Part shown: positions 7,621 to 18,971 of the stretch, one piece after another | How positions within the stretch are numbered: position 1 is the first letter of the stretch | How the letters are laid out: every line of letters starts with the position of its first letter | DNA from: an uncultured Clostridia bacterium | GTDB lineage: Bacteria; Bacillota; Clostridia; Christensenellales; UBA1242 | Length of the DNA: 64,000 nucleotides | NCBI GenBank assembly: GCA_944381155.1 | Contig: CALWKA010000003.1 | Location: 3,530-67,529 of the forward strand | Direction: 5' to 3' | Notes under the pieces: model-generated | The model's database searches: none | What the model was told of the DNA's origin: nothing | What the model saw: only the letters and a program-made list of their open reading frames with translations | Translations under genes and position numbers: made by a program

Positions 7621-10150
7621 CGAAACAAAAAATCAAGAATTTAACAAATCAATTAAACAATTACAATCAATGGTCAAAGACAAGATGTTAATTAATCTTG
7701 CCGAAAAATATTTCAATCTCAAATCGGAGATGAACAATTTAGCGCGTGCTGTGAAAGAAAAGGAAACAAAATTATTGATAGAAGAAAGTCAACAGCAGGC
7801 AAAGAAAGAGCAAGAGCAAGTTAGTCAGATTCAGGAGAAAAAGCCTGAAATTGTTTCCGCGCCACAAAAGCCAGAAGTTGTAGTTGAACCTCAACAAACC
7901 AAACAAGAAAATAATCGAAACAAAAATCAAAATTTTTCAAAACAACAATCAAATCAAAACTCCAATTACAATAATTTCAACAATAGGAATAATTATAATA
8001 AGAATTATAATGCGAACAATTCAAACAACTTCAATAAAGATAGGCGTCCATTCAATAATAGACCGCAAAATCAAAATAATCAGAATAGACCATATAATTC
8101 AAATAGACCTAATCAAAATTATAAGCCAGGGCAAAGACCACCATTTAATAAGGACAATTTGAATAAGCGTCCATCTATAAATTATGCGCAACCAGTTATC
8201 ACAGCAAGTCCTGCGCGTAATTATAGCAACAAAAAGAAGGATAATGATAGAGGCGAAGAAAAGAGAGCATATTCAAAACGCGATTTAATCAAACGCGGTA
8301 TGCTTGATTTTGAGGATACGGAAGATAGGATGGTGAATAGAAAAATCCGTCCTAAAAAGAAAGAAGTGGTAGAAAAAGTGGTAGAAAAACCACACGGACC
8401 AGCGATCATAACCACAGACAATATAACTATAAAATTGTTGTCTGAAGCTAGCGGTAGGCCAGCTAGCGAAATCATCAAAAAGTTTATGCAACTAGGGATG
8501 ATGATGACAATCAATTCCACAGTAGATTTTCAAACGGCTGAATTAGTGATGTCAGATATGGGCGTAGAGCTAATTCAAAAATTGGATAAAACCAGCGAAG
8601 AGAAATTGCGCGATGTACAGAAAAACATTCGTTCGTATGACGAATCGACGGCAGTCACTCGTCCGCCAATTGTCACTGTTATGGGGCATGTGGATCACGG
8701 AAAAACTAGTTTGCTAGATTATATCAGAAAGACGAAAGTTACTTTAGGCGAAGCGGGCGGAATTACTCAAGCAATCGGCGCATACAGAGTGAATGTAAAC
8801 AATAGATATATTACATTTATTGATACTCCAGGTCACGAAGCATTTACAGCGATGCGTGCGCGCGGTGCGTCTGTGACGGATATTGCAATTTTGATTGTCG
8901 CTGCTGACGATGGAATTATGCCACAGACCATAGAGGCAATCAATCATATTAAATCAGCCAAGATTCCTATGATTGTTGCTATAAACAAGATGGATAAACC
9001 GCAAGCGGATCCAGACAGAGTGATGCAACAATTGGCAGAGCATAATGTATTGCCAGAAGCGTGGGGCGGAGATGCCATTATATGTAAGATTTCGGCGCAT
9101 ACGGGTGAAGGTATAGATAAATTGCTAGAAACAATTTTGCTTGTAGCCGATATGCAAGATTTAAAAGCAAATCCAAATGTGCCAGCGATTGGTACACTTT
9201 TGGAATCTCGTTTGGACAAAGGAAAAGGCGCTGTTGCATCATTGATTGTGCTTGATGGCTCGTTGCATATAGGAGATACTATTGTGTCTGGAACGAGCAT
9301 CTGTAAAGTCAAGGCTATGATAGATGAAAATAATAAGGCGGTAAAAGTGGCAGAACCATCAATGCCGGTTACCGTATTAGGATTCAATGAAGTGCCAACT
9401 GCGGGAGAGTCATTCACGGCAGTTGATGAAAAATTATCAAAGCAGATTGTAGAAGAAAGGAAAGCGAAGATAAAAGAAGATTTAATCAAACATAGTGGTG
9501 GCAGTACATTAGAAGATTTATTGCAGAAGACTAGCGAAAAAGATGTCAAAATTTTGAATATAATTTTGAAAACAGATGTGCACGGTTCGCTAGAAGCTAT
9601 AAAATCATCCATTATGAAATTGGTCAATGATGAAGTCAAGATCAATATTCTTCATAGTGGAGTGGGCGCAGTGAGCGAAAGTGATCTCATACTGGCAAAC
9701 GCTTCAAACGCTATGGTGATTGCGTTTAATGTTGGTCAGGATAGCAAAGTGAAAACTTTAGCGGATAGAATGAAAATTAAAATCTATTCGTACAAAATAA
9801 TATACGAATTGTTGGATGAATTAGAGCGCGTCATTAAGGGTATGAAAGAGCCAAAATATGAAGAAGTTTATTTGGGGCGCGCAGATGTTATCGCGGTGTT
9901 CAAACTATCAAATGCGGGAATAATCGCAGGATGTATGGTCAGAGATGGCAAAATCGTTCGTGGAGAGCACGCGCGTATCTATCGTGGCGATAATCTATTG
10001 ATTGACACTGAAATAAAATCATTAAAAATTGTCAAAGATGATGTTAAGGAAGCAGGCAAAGATCGAGAGTGCGGTATCAAGACGGGTTATGACGATGTAG
10101 CAGTAGGAGATAGAATTGAGTGCTACACATTAAAAAGGATAGAAGAATGA
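7613..10150 (+). CDS. infB: translation initiation factor IF-2
   Basis: TTG start; G domain ([24 protein letters not shown]); Asn/Gln-rich low-complexity N-terminal region. Confidence 0.95.
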   Translation: MANETKNQEFNKSIKQLQSMVKDKMLINLAEKYFNLKSEMNNLARAVKEKETKLLIEESQQQAKKEQEQVSQIQEKKPEIVSAPQKPEVVVEPQQTKQENNRNKNQNFSKQQSNQNSNYNNFNNRNNYNKNYNANNSNNFNKDRRPFNNRPQNQNNQNRPYNSNRPNQNYKPGQRPPFNKDNLNKRPSINYAQPVITASPARNYSNKKKDNDRGEEKRAYSKRDLIKRGMLDFEDTEDRMVNRKIRPKKKEVVEKVVEKPHGPAIITTDNITIKLLSEASGRPASEIIKKFMQLGMMMTINSTVDFQTAELVMSDMGVELIQKLDKTSEEKLRDVQKNIRSYDESTAVTRPPIVTVMGHVDHGKTSLLDYIRKTKVTLGEAGGITQAIGAYRVNVNNRYITFIDTPGHEAFTAMRARGASVTDIAILIVAADDGIMPQTIEAINHIKSAKIPMIVAINKMDKPQADPDRVMQQLAEHNVLPEAWGGDAIICKISAHTGEGIDKLLETILLVADMQDLKANPNVPAIGTLLESRLDKGKGAVASLIVLDGSLHIGDTIVSGTSICKVKAMIDENNKAVKVAEPSMPVTVLGFNEVPTAGESFTAVDEKLSKQIVEERKAKIKEDLIKHSGGSTLEDLLQKTSEKDVKILNIILKTDVHGSLEAIKSSIMKLVNDEVKINILHSGVGAVSESDLILANASNAMVIAFNVGQDSKVKTLADRMKIKIYSYKIIYELLDELERVIKGMKEPKYEEVYLGRADVIAVFKLSNAGIIAGCMVRDGKIVRGEHARIYRGDNLLIDTEIKSLKIVKDDVKEAGKDRECGIKTGYDDVAVGDRIECYTLKRIEE

Positions 10151-10524
10151 AAAATATCAGGATAGAACGAATTAATAGCGAGATACAAAAAATTGTGTCT
10201 CAAATAATAGATACCGAATTGCGAGATCCACAAATAGACGCTATAATTAGTGTAAATCAAGTGGATACTACACCAGATTTAGCGTATTCAAAAGTTTATA
10301 TATCATCTATCGGTAAAACTCCGAAAGAAGAAGTTGTCGCACGCCTTAAAGGTGCGGGTGGCTTTATTCGCGGTCAATTATCAAAAAGAATTAATTTGAG
10401 AATCACTCCGCGTTTGGAATTTATTCTTGACACTTCAGAAGAATATGCGAGCAAAATAGACAAGATTTTGAAAACTATAAAATATTCAACTTCACCAGAA
10501 GATTCGGAAGATAAAAATGATTAA
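10147..10524 (+). CDS. rbfA: ribosome-binding factor A
   Basis: ATG 10147 overlaps the infB TGA (ATGA); RIERINSEIQK...LRDP motif. The ORF track begins upstream at 10120. Confidence 0.9.
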   Translation: MKNIRIERINSEIQKIVSQIIDTELRDPQIDAIISVNQVDTTPDLAYSKVYISSIGKTPKEEVVARLKGAGGFIRGQLSKRINLRITPRLEFILDTSEEYASKIDKILKTIKYSTSPEDSEDKND

Positions 10525-11368
10525 AAAGGGCATTTTAGCAATCAATAAACCTAGAGATTGGACTAGTTTTGATGTGGTCAATAAAATTAAACATATTTTA
10601 AAGATTAAGCGAGTAGGGCATCTAGGCACGCTTGATCCATTGGCTACAGGCGTACTTTTGGTGACTATAGGAAAGGCAACTAAATTATTTGATTTTTGTC
10701 AAAACAAAGAAAAAACCTATTTGGCAAAATTCGAATTTGGCTATGAAACTGATAGTTTGGATAGCGCTGGCAAAGTTGTGGTTAAGACGGACAAAATTCC
10801 AACCGAAAATGAAATAAGGAATGTTATTGGTAGTTTTCTTGGCAAAATCGCGCAAGTTCCACCAAAATATAGCGCAAAAAGCATAAATGGTAAACGCGCA
10901 TACGAACTTGCTAGGAACAACATTGATTTTGAATTGCCTTCAAAAATTGTATCAATATTTGAAATTAAAATTTTAGATTATACGAAAAACATTTTGACTT
11001 TATCCATAAAATGTGGAAGTGGGACATATATTCGTTCAATTTGTAGAGATTTGGCACACAAACTAAATTCTTATGCCACAATGATTGATCTGACTCGCAC
11101 AAAAGTGGGAGAAATTGGGCTAGAAGATTGTGTCGATATCCAAAAATTAAACGAAGACAACATTTCAGATTTTGTGAAAAAAATTGATGATTTAATTTTT
11201 CTTCCATATATAAATATAGATCAAAATCAAGTTTTTAGATTGCTAAACGGGCAGACTATTAAGATTGATTTGCAAAACGGCTTATATAAACTAAATGATA
11301 GTGATGATACAATTGCAATTATATCTGTATCAGATGGTATGGCTAAAATGTCATTATTTTTAGATTAA
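10517..11368 (+). CDS. truB: tRNA pseudouridine(55) synthase
   Basis: GHLGTLDPLATGVL catalytic motif; follows rbfA. Confidence 0.92.
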   Translation: MIKKGILAINKPRDWTSFDVVNKIKHILKIKRVGHLGTLDPLATGVLLVTIGKATKLFDFCQNKEKTYLAKFEFGYETDSLDSAGKVVVKTDKIPTENEIRNVIGSFLGKIAQVPPKYSAKSINGKRAYELARNNIDFELPSKIVSIFEIKILDYTKNILTLSIKCGSGTYIRSICRDLAHKLNSYATMIDLTRTKVGEIGLEDCVDIQKLNEDNISDFVKKIDDLIFLPYINIDQNQVFRLLNGQTIKIDLQNGLYKLNDSDDTIAIISVSDGMAKMSLFLD

Positions 11369-11451
11369 TTTATTTTTATTGCCGTTTAACTATTGTCAAA
11401 AAGATAAAATTATGATATACTATATTAAATTAGTTTAAGGAGAAAACGATT

Positions 11452-12030
11452 ATGATTTTAGCAGGAGATATTAGAAAAGGAGTTATATTTGATGATGGTT
11501 CGTCTACTGACCCAAAGAAACCAAGTTTATTTTTGGTGGTAGAATTTCAGCATGTTAAACCGGGTAAAGGCGCTGCATTTGTGCGCACTACACTAAAAAA
11601 TGTCATTACAGGCAAAGTCGTGGAACGCACATTCAATCCATCAGAAAAAATTAATGATATATCAATAGAGCGCAAAGAGATGATGTATCTATATAACGAA
11701 GGCGGATTGTATTATTTTATGGACAACGAAACTTATGACCAAATTCCGTTCAATTACGACACTGTGAAAGATGCTTTGAATTTTGTGGTTGAAAACACTA
11801 ATTGCAATGTTCAATTTTATAATGGACAACCAATTAATGTTGAACCGCCAATGTTCGTGGAATTAACTATAACGAAGACTGAACCAGGAGTGAGAGGAGA
11901 TACGGTTAAAACAGGTGGCAAACCTGCAACTCTTGAAACGGGATATGTCATTCAAGTGCCACTATTTGTAAACGAAGGAGATCGCGTGCGCGTTGATACT
12001 CGCACTGGCGAATATATGGAAAGATTATAA
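11452..12030 (+). CDS. efp: elongation factor P
   Basis: 192 aa; EF-P signature [20 protein letters not shown]; AGGAG SD. Confidence 0.93.
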   Translation: MILAGDIRKGVIFDDGSSTDPKKPSLFLVVEFQHVKPGKGAAFVRTTLKNVITGKVVERTFNPSEKINDISIERKEMMYLYNEGGLYYFMDNETYDQIPFNYDTVKDALNFVVENTNCNVQFYNGQPINVEPPMFVELTITKTEPGVRGDTVKTGGKPATLETGYVIQVPLFVNEGDRVRVDTRTGEYMERL

Positions 12031-12087
12031 TATTTTGTCATTTTTATTTAGGCTAAAATTAATGTAAAAATAAATATAAAGTCGAAA

Positions 12088-12118
12088 AATCAGTACTATT
12101 GTGGTATTGATTTTTTTT
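12088..12118 (+). terminator. rho-independent terminator after efp
   Basis: AATCAGTAC (12088-12096) pairs with GTATTGATT (12104-12112), then a T8 run; it lies inside the ORF-track 5' extension of spoIIIAA. Confidence 0.7.
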
Positions 12119-12154
12119 GCGTATTTTTTTAGTTTTCAACTAATAGTTTTAAGT

Positions 12155-13063
12155 ATGTTGAAAGAGTATTTGGATAGAGATATTTATAATCTGATTATAA
12201 AAAGTTTCAGTTTTTCGGATATAACTGAAATTCGTATGCGTGCAAACGAAAACTTGATTATCGTAGTAAAGAACAAAAAGTATTATCTAAAAGATGACAA
12301 TGGCGAATTTGTAAAAACTAATAGGACCATTATTGAAAATTTTGTGCGTAGAGCGAGTGAAAATTCTATATATGCCTTTAATGACAATATTGTAAACGGC
12401 TTTATCACGCTTGCAAAGGGAATACGAGTGGGCTTGTGTGGCAATATTGTTACGGATGGAAATAGAATTGTCACGGTGAAAGATTTTCAATCGCTAAATA
12501 TTCGTATTCCGCACTTGATCAGAAATTGTAGTTTGCCAGCATTTGATTATTTGGTGACTGATGAAATAAAAAATACATTGATAATATCTCCGCCGGGCAG
12601 TGGGAAAACGACATTCATTCGAGATTTTATCTATCAATTGTATGCACATAACATATCAAAAAATATACTGATAGCAGATGAAAGAAATGAAATTTGTTCA
12701 GTGGTGAATGGCGAACCAAACATAGATTTGGGTGGTTTTTGCGATATTTACACAAATTGTACAAAAAAATTTGCTTTCAAAAATGGCATACGCAGTATGT
12801 GCCCAGATGTGATAGTTACGGATGAAATTGATTTGGAAAAAGATTTGGACTCAATCATCGAAGCGATTAATTGTGGAGTAAATGTAATTGCCACAATACA
12901 CGCAAAGGATATCAATCAATTAAAGAAAAAACGAAATTTTGATAAAATTTTGGATGAAAAATTTTTTTCTAGATTTGTAGTTCTTTCAAATGATGAGGGT
13001 CCAGGAACACTTGCAAATATTTATGATGAAAAATTGAATTGTATATATTGTAGGTGCGTATGA
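12155..13063 (+). CDS. spoIIIAA: stage III sporulation protein AA (ATPase)
   Basis: Walker A SPPGSGKTT and Walker B VIVTDEI; first gene of an eight-gene spoIIIA-like operon. ATG 12155 was chosen because the upstream extension contains the efp terminator. Confidence 0.88.
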   Translation: MLKEYLDRDIYNLIIKSFSFSDITEIRMRANENLIIVVKNKKYYLKDDNGEFVKTNRTIIENFVRRASENSIYAFNDNIVNGFITLAKGIRVGLCGNIVTDGNRIVTVKDFQSLNIRIPHLIRNCSLPAFDYLVTDEIKNTLIISPPGSGKTTFIRDFIYQLYAHNISKNILIADERNEICSVVNGEPNIDLGGFCDIYTNCTKKFAFKNGIRSMCPDVIVTDEIDLEKDLDSIIEAINCGVNVIATIHAKDINQLKKKRNFDKILDEKFFSRFVVLSNDEGPGTLANIYDEKLNCIYCRCV

Positions 13064-13536
13064 TCAAATGGATATTAATTGTTGTGCTAATAGTCGTGAT
13101 TATGTTGATTGCATATTCTGTGAGTGAGCAAATCAAGGATAAATATGATTTTTTTAATAATTTAAAACAATTTTTGAATCAATTTAAAATAAATGTGGCT
13201 TTCAGACAAGAAAAAATTAATGAATTTTTGCAAAAAAATAATTCAAAAAAACAATTTAAAATATTTATAGAAGAGTACTCAAAATTTTTAAAGACAGGCG
13301 AACTTTGTTTACAAAGAATTAAGGTGCTAGAAGACGATGACAAACAAATTTTGCAAGATATAGTCAAAAATATTGGCAAATACGATGCCAAAAACGAAAT
13401 CAATCAAATGGAATCATTTTTATTAATCATTGATGAAAAATTGTCGGTAGCAAATGAAAATAAAAATAAATTGTGTCCTATGATTATTAAATTATCACTT
13501 CTCTTTGCGATTGGACTTGCAATTTTATTAATTTAG
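13060..13536 (+). CDS. spoIIIAB: stage III sporulation protein AB
   Basis: Operon position; about 160 aa with N- and C-terminal TM helices; ATG 13060 overlaps the spoIIIAA TGA (GTG 13054 is an alternative start). Confidence 0.8.
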   Translation: MIKWILIVVLIVVIMLIAYSVSEQIKDKYDFFNNLKQFLNQFKINVAFRQEKINEFLQKNNSKKQFKIFIEEYSKFLKTGELCLQRIKVLEDDDKQILQDIVKNIGKYDAKNEINQMESFLLIIDEKLSVANENKNKLCPMIIKLSLLFAIGLAILLI

Positions 13537-13544
13537 GAGGAATT

Positions 13545-13733
13545 ATGGAAATAATTTTCAAATTGGCAGGCATAGGCTTGATCACTTCTATTGTTAACCA
13601 AATATTGAAATATTGCGGGAAAGAAGAAATTGCTTCTATCACCACTCTCGCAGGTTTAATAATTTGTTTGCTTATGGTGATTGATTTGGTGCGCGATTTG
13701 TTTACGACTGTGCAGTCATTATTTGTTTTTTAG
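13545..13733 (+). CDS. spoIIIAC: stage III sporulation protein AC
   Basis: 62-aa two-TM protein; AGGAGG SD; operon position. Confidence 0.85.
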   Translation: MEIIFKLAGIGLITSIVNQILKYCGKEEIASITTLAGLIICLLMVIDLVRDLFTTVQSLFVF

Positions 13734-13740
13734 GTAAGAT

Positions 13741-14127
13741 ATGACAGAATTATTGAAGATATTGGCAGTAGCATTAATCACGGTTTTTGCCTCTATTTTA
13801 GTCAAGCAAACTCGCCCAGAAATTGCAATGATTATCTCTATTGCCGGTAGCATTTTAATAATTTTAATGATTGTCGACAGCTTGAGTTCTGTCCTATCTT
13901 CTTTCTATGGAATATTTCAAACGACGGGCGTAGATACAACATTATTAACTCCTTTGTTCAAAATCATTGCCATTGGCTATATAACAGAATTTGGAGCAAA
14001 TATCTGTATGGATGCAGGGGCAAGCAGTGTGGCAGACAAGGTGCTATTTGCAGGTAAACTTGTGATTCTGCTCGTGGCACTTCCAATAGTAACAACTGTA
14101 ATAGATATGGTGGTATCATTGTTATGA
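13741..14127 (+). CDS. spoIIIAD: stage III sporulation protein AD
   Basis: 128-aa polytopic membrane protein; operon position. Confidence 0.85.
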   Translation: MTELLKILAVALITVFASILVKQTRPEIAMIISIAGSILIILMIVDSLSSVLSSFYGIFQTTGVDTTLLTPLFKIIAIGYITEFGANICMDAGASSVADKVLFAGKLVILLVALPIVTTVIDMVVSLL

Positions 14128-15338
14128 AATTAAAAAATACGCGATTAAACAAAATTACAATTATATGTATGATATTGCTAATATCATTATTTTCTATATT
14201 TACTCCTATGACAACATTTTGCGTTGACAATACAACGATTGAAATCAGTGAAGATCTAAATGATTCAATAATAGAAGAATTGAACGAAATTGATTTTTCT
14301 GCACTCAATGGGGTAATACAAGAATTTCAAGATAACAACACGAATATTTTTTCAATCGATAACATCAAAAGCAAAGTTTATTCAATCATTTCGGGCGAAA
14401 ATGCAGTAACCTATTCATCCTTTTTTGCGAGCATTTTTTCAATCTTTGTAGAACTGATTGTGAAGTATTTGCCTATGCTTTCATTAATTGTTGCAATAGG
14501 TGTGATAAGTAATTTATTGAATGGAATAAAGAGCAAATTCAACGAAAAGTCAACTAGCGGATTGATTCATTTCGTGTGTTTTCTTGCGGAGGTGGTGCTA
14601 ATGGTAGGAATGGTCAGTTCTATTAGTAAGATAAGTATTTCATCAGTCAATTCTATGGTGTCACAAATGAATGCTATTTTTCCAATTCTTTTAACTTTGA
14701 TGATAGGAATTGGCGCAACTGCAAGTGCGGGCGTATTTCAACCAATCGTGGCAATAATTTCAACTTATGTCGCAGATTTTTTTACATATCTGATACTGCC
14801 ATTATTTATGGTGAGTTTTGTGTTTGGCATTATTAATAATCTTTCTGATAATATCAAATTGGATAAATTCAATTCGTTTATTTCTAGTCTATTCAAATGG
14901 TGCGTCGGTTTGGTGTTTACATTATTTTTTGCAGTGTTCACTATTCAGGGCATATCTGCAGGGAGTTTCGATAGTCTCAGTATAAGGACAACAAAATATA
15001 CTATCAGGAGTTATATCCCTATTATGGGCGGATATTTATCAGACGGAATGGATTTAATTTTGTCTAGTACTATCCTTATCAAAAATGCGGTTGGCTTGGT
15101 GGGAGTGCTTATGATAATTAGTTCAATCATATCACCATTATTAGAAATAGTGGTGTTCAGTTTGTTGCTAAAACTGGTGAGTGCCATTTTGCAACCAATG
15201 GGAAACAACAAAACTTCTAATTTCCTTATGTCTACATCCAAGTCTATAACTATGCTTTCATCTTGTATTATAGCTATAGGATTTATGTATTTAATATCGG
15301 TAGGGTTAGTGATGACTATCTCAAATGTGGTGATGTGA
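14124..15338 (+). CDS. spoIIIAE: stage III sporulation protein AE
   Basis: 404-aa ORF with signal/TM, extracellular region and multi-TM domain; ATGA overlap with AD. Confidence 0.85.
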   Translation: MKLKNTRLNKITIICMILLISLFSIFTPMTTFCVDNTTIEISEDLNDSIIEELNEIDFSALNGVIQEFQDNNTNIFSIDNIKSKVYSIISGENAVTYSSFFASIFSIFVELIVKYLPMLSLIVAIGVISNLLNGIKSKFNEKSTSGLIHFVCFLAEVVLMVGMVSSISKISISSVNSMVSQMNAIFPILLTLMIGIGATASAGVFQPIVAIISTYVADFFTYLILPLFMVSFVFGIINNLSDNIKLDKFNSFISSLFKWCVGLVFTLFFAVFTIQGISAGSFDSLSIRTTKYTIRSYIPIMGGYLSDGMDLILSSTILIKNAVGLVGVLMIISSIISPLLEIVVFSLLLKLVSAILQPMGNNKTSNFLMSTSKSITMLSSCIIAIGFMYLISVGLVMTISNVVM

Positions 15339-15811
15339 TGGCAGGGTATATATTGAGTATATTAGGCATAGTGGTGGCGGGCGTATTCATAGATATAATA
15401 ATTCCAAGCGGAACGATCAGTAAATATATAAAGAGCATATATGCAATATTTGTGTTGGCAGTGATCGTCACGCCAATAATCAAATTGTTCAACGACAATC
15501 GTGGTTTTGATCTTCAATATCAAGAGTATGAAATAAATCAAAATCTGATCAATTATATTCAAACTAATAAAATAGAAGCAATGGAAAACAATATCTTATT
15601 AGACTTGGAAGATGAAGGTTTATCAAATATCGACATTATTATTAATTATTCTATAGATAACAACGAATTGTCCATAAATTCTTGTACAATAAATTTAGAA
15701 AATTTAGTCATTAGTTCGGACAAACAGCATATAAATAAATATGAAATCATTAAACAAATTGTTCGAGAAAATACAAATTTGACTGATGAGGAGATGATAT
15801 TCTATGAGTGA
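15338..15811 (+). CDS. spoIIIAF: stage III sporulation protein AF
   Basis: ATG 15338 abuts the spoIIIAE stop; two N-terminal TM helices. The ORF track starts earlier, at 15263. Confidence 0.78.
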   Translation: MAGYILSILGIVVAGVFIDIIIPSGTISKYIKSIYAIFVLAVIVTPIIKLFNDNRGFDLQYQEYEINQNLINYIQTNKIEAMENNILLDLEDEGLSNIDIIINYSIDNNELSINSCTINLENLVISSDKQHINKYEIIKQIVRENTNLTDEEMIFYE

Positions 15812-16253
15812 TAATGAGAAAAAATCTGGGTTCAAATGGTTTGAAAAGTTGAAGAAAATCAAACATATTGAAATCTATATAGCAATCATATTCATCGTAG
15901 TATTGTTGCTCATATATATGTCAAACTTTGGCAGTTCAAAATCAGACAATAATGATTTAAGTTCGGACAACTTGAGTGTATCAGCCTATATAGACAAGCT
16001 AGAATCAAATCTTGAAGAGACGCTATCAAATATTGGAGGTGTGTCAGATGTGAAAGTTATGATTACATTGAATATGAGCGATGCATTGGTGACGGACTCA
16101 AACATTAATTTAAACAAATTTCCCGAGATAAAGGGCGTGATTGTCACAGCAAAAGGGGTTGGCGACACGGCGACAAAATTAAAAGTACTACACGCAATCG
16201 AAGCGGTGATCGATGTAACTAATGGAAATATTGAAATTTTATCAAGTGAATAG
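15804..16253 (+). CDS. spoIIIAG: stage III sporulation protein AG
   Basis: 149 aa; N-terminal TM plus a YscJ/FliF-like C-terminal region (VKVMITL...GVIVTAKG); operon position. Confidence 0.82.
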   Translation: MSDNEKKSGFKWFEKLKKIKHIEIYIAIIFIVVLLLIYMSNFGSSKSDNNDLSSDNLSVSAYIDKLESNLEETLSNIGGVSDVKVMITLNMSDALVTDSNINLNKFPEIKGVIVTAKGVGDTATKLKVLHAIEAVIDVTNGNIEILSSE

Positions 16254-16261
16254 GAGGATTT

Positions 16262-16747
16262 ATGAAAACATTATCAAAAAAGAAAAAAATTATTATTATA
16301 TCAGTGATGGTGGCATTGTTGTTAATAACGGGATATGTAAATGTGGCATTAAACAGCACAGTATCGGATGGTATGAGCACAACTACAGGCACAAGTTCAG
16401 AGAGTTTTTATGTTTCATATAGAACCGAGCGTGAGGCAACACGAACTCAAGAAATTCAATTTTATGATTCAATAATTGCGAGCACATCGAGTAGCGAAGA
16501 AGCAAAGCAAGAGGCTGAAGAAAACAAACTTGCTTTAATTGCACAAATGGAAAAAGAACTAGTCACCGAGGGTATAATTAGGGGAAAGGGATTTGCAGAT
16601 GCGATAGTGACTTCTAGCAGTTCGAATGTAAATGTATTTGTAAAGAGTGCAGAATTGTCGCGAGATGAAGTGGCTCAAATCACTTCAGTAGTACGCGAAC
16701 AACTAGGCGTAGAAATAGATAAAATCATTATTATACCGTCAGAATAA
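16262..16747 (+). CDS. spoIIIAH: stage III sporulation protein AH
   Basis: 161 aa; N-terminal TM; C-terminal region like SpoIIIAH (VNVFV...L); last gene of the operon. Confidence 0.8.
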   Translation: MKTLSKKKKIIIISVMVALLLITGYVNVALNSTVSDGMSTTTGTSSESFYVSYRTEREATRTQEIQFYDSIIASTSSSEEAKQEAEENKLALIAQMEKELVTEGIIRGKGFADAIVTSSSSNVNVFVKSAELSRDEVAQITSVVREQLGVEIDKIIIIPSE

Positions 16748-16796
16748 TTGCTAAAAATATTTCTATGTGATATAATATACACAAGAGGGTAATCTT

Positions 16797-17153
16797 ATGG
16801 CACAAATTAAAAAAGTTAATGATGCAGATACATATATCAACAAAAATATGGTAGTTTCAATCGTCAGTCTAGCCACAAAAGAGATTTCAGGAGTCATAGA
16901 TGTATATCAACCTACCAAACTTTCTATCAAGCGATTATTCAATCGAAATGTAGGCAAAGGTGTGCGTATCAAATATACAAAATTGGGCATTTTGATAGAC
17001 ATTTATGTTACCGTTGATACGGGATGCGAAGTAAACGATGTGGTATACAAAATTCAGCAGAATGTGAAAAATAGTATTACATCGCTCTTGCCAATAAAAA
17101 TAAAAGCAATAAATGTTCATATTATGGACGCAGAAAAAAAAGATTCTCTCTAA
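16797..17153 (+). CDS. Asp23/Gls24 family envelope stress protein
   Basis: 118 aa; Asp23-like sequence (IVSLATKEI.GV...V..D); sits before nusB like B. subtilis yqhY. Confidence 0.8.
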   Translation: MAQIKKVNDADTYINKNMVVSIVSLATKEISGVIDVYQPTKLSIKRLFNRNVGKGVRIKYTKLGILIDIYVTVDTGCEVNDVVYKIQQNVKNSITSLLPIKIKAINVHIMDAEKKDSL

Positions 17154-17187
17154 TAGAGAGAGTTTTTGCATTTGGGAGTTTTGACTT

Positions 17188-17559
17188 ATGAAAAGAACAG
17201 AGATGAGAGAACTTGCATTCAAGACAATATATTCAAAATTTTTTAATCCTTCTAATGAAGAGATTTTTGCAAACGCAGATCAAACAGGCTTGGAGTTTAC
17301 AAGCAAGATTTTGCATAATTTTGCGTCTCATTATCAGGAAATCAATGATTTTTTGTCTTCAAAATTGAAAGGATATACTATTGATAGAATCAACAAAATA
17401 GATTTAGCTATTCTAATTTTGGCAGTGATAGAATTGAAATATGTCAAAGAAAATCCAAAAGAAGTCATAATCAATGAAGCGGTCGAATTGGCAAAAAAAT
17501 ATTCTACAGACAAAAGTCCTAAATTTATAAATGGAATATTGGCAGATATTGTAAAATAA
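17188..17559 (+). CDS. nusB: transcription antitermination factor NusB
   Basis: 123 aa; NusB-like (R.LAFK.IY, INEAVELAKKY....KFINGIL). Confidence 0.88.
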   Translation: MKRTEMRELAFKTIYSKFFNPSNEEIFANADQTGLEFTSKILHNFASHYQEINDFLSSKLKGYTIDRINKIDLAILILAVIELKYVKENPKEVIINEAVELAKKYSTDKSPKFINGILADIVK

Positions 17560-17604
17560 AATGCATCAATATAGTTGCTAAATTCAAAATGAATGTAATG
17601 AAAT

Positions 17605-18777
17605 ATGAAAGTATATACAGTTTCGCAAATTAATAAAATCATAAAAAATTTAATCGACAACGAAGTTATTTTGGAAGACATTTTGATAACTGGTGAATTG
17701 TCTTCTTTTTCAATTAGTAGGAATATAGCGTATTTTACTTTAAAAGATAACGATAATCTATTGAATTGCATTCAGTTTCAAGCGCATTCTGAATTTCAGA
17801 TAGGGGATAGCGTGCAATGTCGTGGAAATGTAAAATATTATCCCAAAGGTGGTAAATTGACTTTTACTGCTTTGTCAATAGAAAAGTGCGGGCAGGGCGA
17901 ATTGTATCAGCAATTTTTGAAGATGAAACAAAAATTGCAGGATGAAGGACTATTTGACGAAAGTCATAAAATCCCTATTCCTAAATTTATTAATTCAGTT
18001 GGAGTCGTCACTTCAAAAACTGGCGCGGTATTGCAAGATATTAAAAATATAGCATTTAGGAGAAATCCAAATCTAAAAATTTATGTTTATGATGCACAAG
18101 TTCAGGGCAATTTGGCAGTTAGGCAGGTGATAGAAGGAATAACATATTTTGACAATTATTCGGATGTAGATGCAATAATCGTCGCGCGCGGTGGGGGAAG
18201 CATAGAAGATTTGATGCCGTTTAATGATGAAGAATTGGCACGAATTGCCTACATTTGCAATAAACCGATAATCAGTGCAGTAGGTCACGAAACTGATTTT
18301 ACAATTTTAGATTTTGTTTCAGATTTGCGAGCGCCAACTCCTAGTGCCGCAGCAGAGTTGGTGACATTTGACAATTCAGAGATGATTCGATATATAAAAG
18401 ATTTGCAATCAAATTTATTTTCAATATTAAACAACAAAATAATTGAACTTGATACGAGTATACAATATAATATTTTGGATATTGAGCACAAACTTAATGA
18501 AAGCGTGAATGAAGAAATTTTGTATATTTCTGACAAATTGCAAAACATAGAACGAATATTGGATAAAAATGTAGACACCACAATATATAGGGTAAATATT
18601 TTATTAAATACACTAGATAAATTAAACCCTACACGATTATTGCGATCAGGTTATGCGCATATCACGAAAGACGGTCAGCTGATAAATTCATTAAATGTGA
18701 AAGTGGGTGACGAATTAAATATACAAACTAATGATATGAAACTTAAGGCTTCAGTTACGAAAAAGGAGAAATTATGA
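17605..18777 (+). CDS. xseA: exodeoxyribonuclease VII large subunit
   Basis: N-terminal OB fold, conserved VGVVTS..GA...D and ARGGGS.EDL motifs. Confidence 0.92.
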   Translation: MKVYTVSQINKIIKNLIDNEVILEDILITGELSSFSISRNIAYFTLKDNDNLLNCIQFQAHSEFQIGDSVQCRGNVKYYPKGGKLTFTALSIEKCGQGELYQQFLKMKQKLQDEGLFDESHKIPIPKFINSVGVVTSKTGAVLQDIKNIAFRRNPNLKIYVYDAQVQGNLAVRQVIEGITYFDNYSDVDAIIVARGGGSIEDLMPFNDEELARIAYICNKPIISAVGHETDFTILDFVSDLRAPTPSAAAELVTFDNSEMIRYIKDLQSNLFSILNNKIIELDTSIQYNILDIEHKLNESVNEEILYISDKLQNIERILDKNVDTTIYRVNILLNTLDKLNPTRLLRSGYAHITKDGQLINSLNVKVGDELNIQTNDMKLKASVTKKEKL

Positions 18778-18971
18778 TTGAACAAAATATTAAAAGATTG
18801 GAAGAAATTGCAAAGAAATTGGAAGATGGAACGAATCTTGACGAAAGTTTAAAATTGTATGAAGAAGGATGTAAATTGGCAAAAACTTGCTTAAAAGATT
18901 TGGAAAAAGCAAAAGGAAAGATTATAATGATTAAGAAAGAATTTGAGAAAAAAGGTGAGGATGATGAATAA
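18774..18971 (+). CDS. xseB: exodeoxyribonuclease VII small subunit
   Basis: 65 aa; LE.I...LE.G...L..SL..YE.G motif; ATGA overlap with xseA. Confidence 0.9.
   Translation: MIEQNIKRLEEIAKKLEDGTNLDESLKLYEEGCKLAKTCLKDLEKAKGKIIMIKKEFEKKGEDDE

Noticed and set aside
12101-12154. 5' extension of the spoIIIAA ORF
   Set aside because: It contains the efp terminator hairpin and T-run. ATG 12155 is used instead.
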